From an uncultured archaeon (GTDB lineage: Archaea > Iainarchaeota > Iainarchaeia > Iainarchaeales > Iainarchaeaceae), in contig CAZNZM010000007.1 in the NCBI GenBank assembly GCA_964577555.1, positions 1 through 32,000 on the forward strand: 32,000 bases of DNA, in the 5' to 3' direction. The translations under genes and the position numbers were made by a program. Positions 27,923 through 32,000 of the stretch are shown here, piece after piece. How positions within the stretch are numbered: position 1 is the first letter of the stretch; each line of letters begins with the position of its first letter. The notes below the pieces were generated by a model. It saw only the letters and a list, made by a program, of their open reading frames with translations, searched no databases and was not told where the DNA came from.

Positions 27923-28876
27923 TCAAAGCTTTTTCATTTCATCGATCGCTTTCTTGGCAATAGATTCTGCATCCATGCCGTATTTTTTCAACAAATCAAA
28001 AGGTTTTCCAGATTCGCCAAAAGAATCTTTTAACCCAACTCTCACAAGTTTTGCACTAATGCCTTTTTCCGCAATTGCTTCAGCAACAGCGCTTCCCAAA
28101 CCATTAATGACTCCATCTTCGATTGTAAACACCAACCCCTTATTTGCCTCTTTTTCAACGGCTTTAACGTCCAGTGGCTTGATCGAGGCACAATTAAGCA
28201 CTGAAGCCGATATGCCGCTTTTTGCAAGAATATATGCGGCTTTTAATGCTTCTGGAACAAGCGAGCCGCAAGAAACAAAAGCAATGTCATTTCCATCTTT
28301 TAACAATTCGGCTTTTCCAAATTTGAAGTCCGACGCTTTTTCGTGCAGAACTTCCGTTTTTTCCCTTGCAGTCCTCATAAATATTGGCCCTTTTGTTTCA
28401 TACATCGCATTAGTGCATGCAACAGCTTCATAATAATCAGAAGGCGTGCATACTTTGAGATTAGGAATGCACCTTGCAACAGCCAAATCAAAAACCGATT
28501 GCCCTGTCGGACCGTCTTGACCAGTCAATAAACCTCCATGGCTTCCAACAAGCTTTACATTTGTTTCAGAATATGCAACACTTATTTTAATCTGGTCAAG
28601 GCTTCTGTTCAAAAGAAAACTCGCAAAGGAACTTACAAATGGCACTTTACCGCAACGAGCAAGCCCCGCAGCTGTTGAAACCATGTCAGCCTCGGAAATT
28701 CCAATGTATTTGAATCTTTCAGGAAATTTTTTTCCAAAAACAATGGATTTAGTGCTCTTGGCAAGATCGGCATCCATGACAACAATCTCTTCATGCTTTT
28801 CACCCAATTCACACAAAGCATCGCCATAACCATCTCTTGTAGCAACCTTGTCGCCAATCTTGTATTTTGCAATCAT
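27923..28876 (-). CDS. Transketolase, C-terminal subunit (pyrimidine-binding and C domains)
   Basis: 317 aa; DLAKSTKSIVFGKKFPERFKYIGISEADMVSTAAGLARCGKVPFVSSFASF; start overlaps the end of the N-terminal subunit by 4 nt. Confidence 0.95.
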   Translation of the reverse strand: MIAKYKIGDKVATRDGYGDALCELGEKHEEIVVMDADLAKSTKSIVFGKKFPERFKYIGISEADMVSTAAGLARCGKVPFVSSFASFLLNRSLDQIKISVAYSETNVKLVGSHGGLLTGQDGPTGQSVFDLAVARCIPNLKVCTPSDYYEAVACTNAMYETKGPIFMRTAREKTEVLHEKASDFKFGKAELLKDGNDIAFVSCGSLVPEALKAAYILAKSGISASVLNCASIKPLDVKAVEKEANKGLVFTIEDGVINGLGSAVAEAIAEKGISAKLVRVGLKDSFGESGKPFDLLKKYGMDAESIAKKAIDEMKKL

Positions 28877-29703
28877 TCCTGATCAAGCTCCTTTAATGCT
28901 TTCAAATATTCATCTTTTGTCAAGGCTTTGCCATGCCAATCAGGATTGTTTTCAATAAAACTTACTCCCTTGCCCTTGACAGTTTTAGCAATCAAAGCAG
29001 TTGGCACCGCATCAATTTTAGCTTCTTCCAAAGCACTTACAAGCTCTTTAATATCATGCCCATAGCATTTAATTACTCTCCAACCAAAAGCTTCAAGCTT
29101 TTTGTCCAAAGGTTCAGGGTCTTTTGTATCCTTGACCCAACCATCATTTTGCAATCCGTTTCTGTCAATTATTATTGTAACATTATCAAGCTCGAATTGT
29201 TTTGTAGTCCAAAGAGACTCCCAAACCTGGCCCTCTTGCAACTCCCCATCCCCAAAAAGCACAAAAACATGATAATTTTTTTTATCCAATTTTCCAGCCC
29301 AAGCCATTCCATTGCCAACGCTTAAACCAGTGCCAAGACTGCCTGTTGAAATCTCAACACCAGGAGTGCCAATATTATGCGGATGCCCCTGAAGCATCCT
29401 TCCAACAGCCCTCAAACCATCGTATTCCTTTTTAGAAAAATAACCACATTGTCCAAGAACTGCATATAAAGCAGGAGCAGCATGCCCCTTGCTCATAATA
29501 AACCTGTCCCTTTCAGGCCATTCAGGATTTTTCGGATCATGCCTCATGACTTTAAAATAAAGTGCAACCAATATTTCAACACACGAAAAACTTGAAGTAG
29601 GGTGCCCAGATTCGGCATTAGTAGTCATATACAAAATATCCTTCCGCATTTCTTTTGCAATTTTATACAAATCAATATTTTTAGTCATAAAACCACTTTT
29701 CAT
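28873..29703 (-). CDS. Transketolase, N-terminal subunit (TPP-binding)
   Basis: 276 aa; NAESGHPTSSFSCVEILVALYF, GSLGTGLSVGNGMAWA, VFVLFGDGELQEGQVWESLWTT, TIIIDRNGLQNDG. Confidence 0.96.
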   Translation of the reverse strand: MKSGFMTKNIDLYKIAKEMRKDILYMTTNAESGHPTSSFSCVEILVALYFKVMRHDPKNPEWPERDRFIMSKGHAAPALYAVLGQCGYFSKKEYDGLRAVGRMLQGHPHNIGTPGVEISTGSLGTGLSVGNGMAWAGKLDKKNYHVFVLFGDGELQEGQVWESLWTTKQFELDNVTIIIDRNGLQNDGWVKDTKDPEPLDKKLEAFGWRVIKCYGHDIKELVSALEEAKIDAVPTALIAKTVKGKGVSFIENNPDWHGKALTKDEYLKALKELDQE

Positions 29704-29746
29704 TAAAAGATATTAAATATTTATAAACCAACTATAAATTATTTTC

Positions 29747-31141
29747 ATGGAAGTAAAGTTTAACAAGTCAATTTTTATTTTCAGACGAGACTTAAGAATT
29801 GTTGACAATACCGCCCTCGTTGAAGCAACCGAAAAATCCAATGTTGTTTTGCCTTGCTTCATATTTGACCTGCAACAAATTGCAAAAAATGAATATTTCA
29901 GCCCAAAAGCATTCAGATTCATGTTGGAATCCTTGCTTGAATTAAAAGAAGAAATTTCAAAAAAGGGCGGAAAATTATCTTTTTATCAAGGCAAGCCAGA
30001 AGACATTGTAAAAAAAATCATAGAAAAAGAAAAACCCAAAGCGCTTTTTGCAAACAAAGATTATACGCCTTTCAGCACAAGCAGAGACGAAAAAATAGAA
30101 AAAATTTGCAAAAATCATGGAATTAGGTTTTATTCATATCACGATATTTTGCTAAGCCCGCCTGAAAAAAATTTGAAACATGACGGCACTCCATATACGA
30201 TTTTCACGGCATATTACAAAAATGCGAAAAAAAACCCCGTAAAAAAACCATTATCTCTTGAGACATCAAATTATTCAAATCACAAAATGGAAGGAAGCGA
30301 TGACAATATTCTATTTGAACTGCTTTCAAAATACCCTGCAAACAAATTTTTGCAAGGCGGAAGAAAAGCAGGGCTTGAAAAACTAAAAAACGCAAAAAAA
30401 CTTGTTGATTACGATAAAGTACGTGATTTTCCTGAAATTTCAGGAACTTCAGGACTCTCACCCCATTTAAAATTTGGAACAATTTCAATAAGAGAAGTTT
30501 ATTGGGGCATAAGAGACTCATTGACACAATTTCATCCTTTAATAAGGCAACTTTATTGGCGAGACTTTTTCACAAACATTGCATTTTATTACCCGCACGT
30601 TTTCGGAGCACCATTCAAAAACAAGTATAAAAGAATAATATGGGACAATAATGGAAAAAAATTTGAGGCATGGAAAAAAGGACTCACAGGGTTTCCTATT
30701 GTTGATGCAGGAATGCGTGAATTAAACGAAACAGGCATAATGCATAACAGGGTCAGAATGATAACAGCTTCTTTTTTGGTAAAAGATCTGCACATAGATT
30801 GGCGGCTTGGAGAAAAATACTTTGCACAAAAACTTGCAGATTACGATCCATGCATAAATAATGGGAATTGGCAATGGGTTGCATCAACAGGCTGCGACGC
30901 CCAACCATACTTTAGAATATTCAACCCATGGTTACAACAAAAAAAGTTTGATCCAAATTGCACTTATATCAAAAAATGGGTGCCAGAGCTAAAAAACCTT
31001 GACCCAAAAACAATTCACTCATTATGGCTTGATTTTCCAAAAGACCTCAACTATCCTAAACCAATTGTTTTCCACGACAAAGAAGCAAAAAAATCAAAAG
31101 AAAATTATTTTTCAGCCATGAAAAATCAAGAAACCTTTTAA
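29747..31141 (+). CDS. Cryptochrome/photolyase family, deoxyribodipyrimidine photo-lyase
   Basis: 464 aa; IFIFRRDLRIVDNTALVEA, GTSGLSPHLKFGTISIREV, LYWRDFFTN, WRLGEKYFAQKLADYDPCINNGNWQWVASTGCDAQPYFRIFNP. Confidence 0.95.
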   Translation: MEVKFNKSIFIFRRDLRIVDNTALVEATEKSNVVLPCFIFDLQQIAKNEYFSPKAFRFMLESLLELKEEISKKGGKLSFYQGKPEDIVKKIIEKEKPKALFANKDYTPFSTSRDEKIEKICKNHGIRFYSYHDILLSPPEKNLKHDGTPYTIFTAYYKNAKKNPVKKPLSLETSNYSNHKMEGSDDNILFELLSKYPANKFLQGGRKAGLEKLKNAKKLVDYDKVRDFPEISGTSGLSPHLKFGTISIREVYWGIRDSLTQFHPLIRQLYWRDFFTNIAFYYPHVFGAPFKNKYKRIIWDNNGKKFEAWKKGLTGFPIVDAGMRELNETGIMHNRVRMITASFLVKDLHIDWRLGEKYFAQKLADYDPCINNGNWQWVASTGCDAQPYFRIFNPWLQQKKFDPNCTYIKKWVPELKNLDPKTIHSLWLDFPKDLNYPKPIVFHDKEAKKSKENYFSAMKNQETF

Positions 31142-31587
31142 TTCCCGTTTTTTGAAACTTTGCCCTTTGTTTGGCTGTATTTTTCAGGATAATTCTCCTG
31201 AAAAATTTTTTTTACAACAAGAATGACAAGAATAATTATTGTTGAAACAATTCCAAGCCCATAATACCCAAATCCTATTGCCATTCCAATAGATGCAATA
31301 ACCCACAAATCAGCAGCCGTAGTAAGGCCTCTTATCTTATTATTGTCTTTGAAAATAGTGCCTGCGCCAAGAAAACCAATCCCTGTAACAATGCCTGCCG
31401 CAATCCTCGTAGGATCACCATTATAAGAAGAATAAAGCGAAACAATAGTAAATAAAGTCGCGCCAATACAAACCAGCATGTGAGTTCTCAAACCTGCCGC
31501 TTCCTGGTCAAGCTCTCTTTGTAACCCTATAAGCCCGCCAAGTATTGCCGCAATTATGATTTTTATTATTGCCTCATACTCAAGCAT
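31138..31587 (-). CDS. MgtC/SapB family membrane protein
   Basis: 149 aa; GGLIGLQRELDQEAAGLRTHMLVCIGATLFTIVS, RIAAGIVTGIGFLGAGTIFKDNNKIRGLTTAADLWVIASIGMAIGFG. Confidence 0.94.
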   Translation of the reverse strand: MLEYEAIIKIIIAAILGGLIGLQRELDQEAAGLRTHMLVCIGATLFTIVSLYSSYNGDPTRIAAGIVTGIGFLGAGTIFKDNNKIRGLTTAADLWVIASIGMAIGFGYYGLGIVSTIIILVILVVKKIFQENYPEKYSQTKGKVSKNGN

Positions 31588-31695
31588 TTTTTAAATATAG
31601 TAAAACTTATATAAAGGCTTTTTGCAACAGCAAAAAACTTTGCACATCCCCATGCATTTTTACAGGCAATGAATGTGAAAGACAATAATTTAATT

Positions 31696-31809
31696 TGTTA
31701 GGGTAGAATATTGCGTTTTTATGGTCGCCAGCCTAACAGGATATTGTATTTGCTTTTTTGCAGGCGTAAACTACTATAATTTGAATCATCAATTCAAGAG
31801 AGTACGCCT
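31696..31809. ncRNA. Candidate structured intergenic RNA, family unknown
   Basis: Perfect pairs TGTTAGG (31696-31702)/CCTAACA (31732-31738); AGGCGTA (31762-31768)/TACGCCT (31803-31809); nested TTGAAT (31781-31786)/ATTCAA (31792-31797). No long ORF here in the supplied track. Confidence 0.3.
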
Positions 31810-31899
31810 ATATTAAACCAACTTAATCAGTTGCCAACGCCAAAACTTTTCTAAACAAAAATATTTTATTATAGAAAAAGCAAAAATTATTCGATTATA

Positions 31900-32000
31900 A
31901 TGGTTAAACATCTTGTTAACTATTTTTTATTAAAAGTCGCTAAACGTGGAAGGACTAAAAGTGGAGTCTCTGATGGGAATAAGCCCTCAAAGAAACCAGT
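31900..32000 (+). CDS. Partial hypothetical ORF running off the window edge
   Basis: ATG at 31900 reads MVKHLVNYFLLKVAKRGRTKSGVSDGNKPSKKP without a stop to the end of the window. Confidence 0.35.
   Translation, partial: MVKHLVNYFLLKVAKRGRTKSGVSDGNKPSKKP

Noticed and set aside
27923-29703. Transketolase split into two ORFs as a possible frameshift or novelty
   Set aside because: Split N- and C-terminal transketolase subunits in tandem are well known in Archaea and some Bacteria; the 4-nt overlap is a normal operon junction.
31696-31809. Divergent or permuted tRNA in the structured intergenic region
   Set aside because: I could not fit a T-arm or acceptor stem on either strand. The TTCAAAT-like string on the minus strand lacks flanking 5-bp complementarity. 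A box-C-like TGATGA on the minus strand has no convincing CUGA partner.
1-32000. Mobile element, toxin-antitoxin or phage-defence locus
   Set aside because: No transposase, integrase, restriction, toxin-antitoxin or known defence motif was seen, and no target-site duplications or terminal inverted repeats were recognised by eye.

Overview
This 32 kb window looks like an archaeal, AT-rich, gene-dense chromosomal segment. The archaeal call rests on a tRNA-Trp(CCA) with a canonical bulge-helix-bulge intron, an archaeal/eukaryal-type TyrRS, a RibL-type FAD synthase and a split transketolase; a DPANN-like lineage is only an inference. Most of it is housekeeping: VIT1/CCC1-like transporter, ThyX-family protein, guaB, ribL, tyrS, cysS, KefB-like antiporter, carA/carB, peroxiredoxin-like protein, MGMT, gdhA, histidine phosphatase, split transketolase, photolyase and MgtC. 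I see no CRISPR array, transposase or obvious defence island. Items worth a second look are: (1) a 541-aa tandem ThyX-family protein whose two halves retain complementary halves of the ThyX motif; (2) a 1450-aa surface protein with an internal signal-peptide-like segment; (3) a possible -1 frameshift micro-gene at 15651-15919, with a slippery A-AAA-AAA and a repeated PEQL(K/E)FPF peptide; (4) tRNA-Trp with a 22-nt BHB intron, 5 nt upstream of MGMT; (5) an intergenic segment at 31696-31809 with several perfect stems; (6) a pair of small basic/proline-rich ORFs, one ending in a 22-bp tandem duplication; (7) an extremely T-rich left edge with a recurring GYGAGCCR motif; (8) orphan proteins at 13843-14151 and 19336-20334. 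None is demonstrated to be a new system. All searches named are proposals that were not run.
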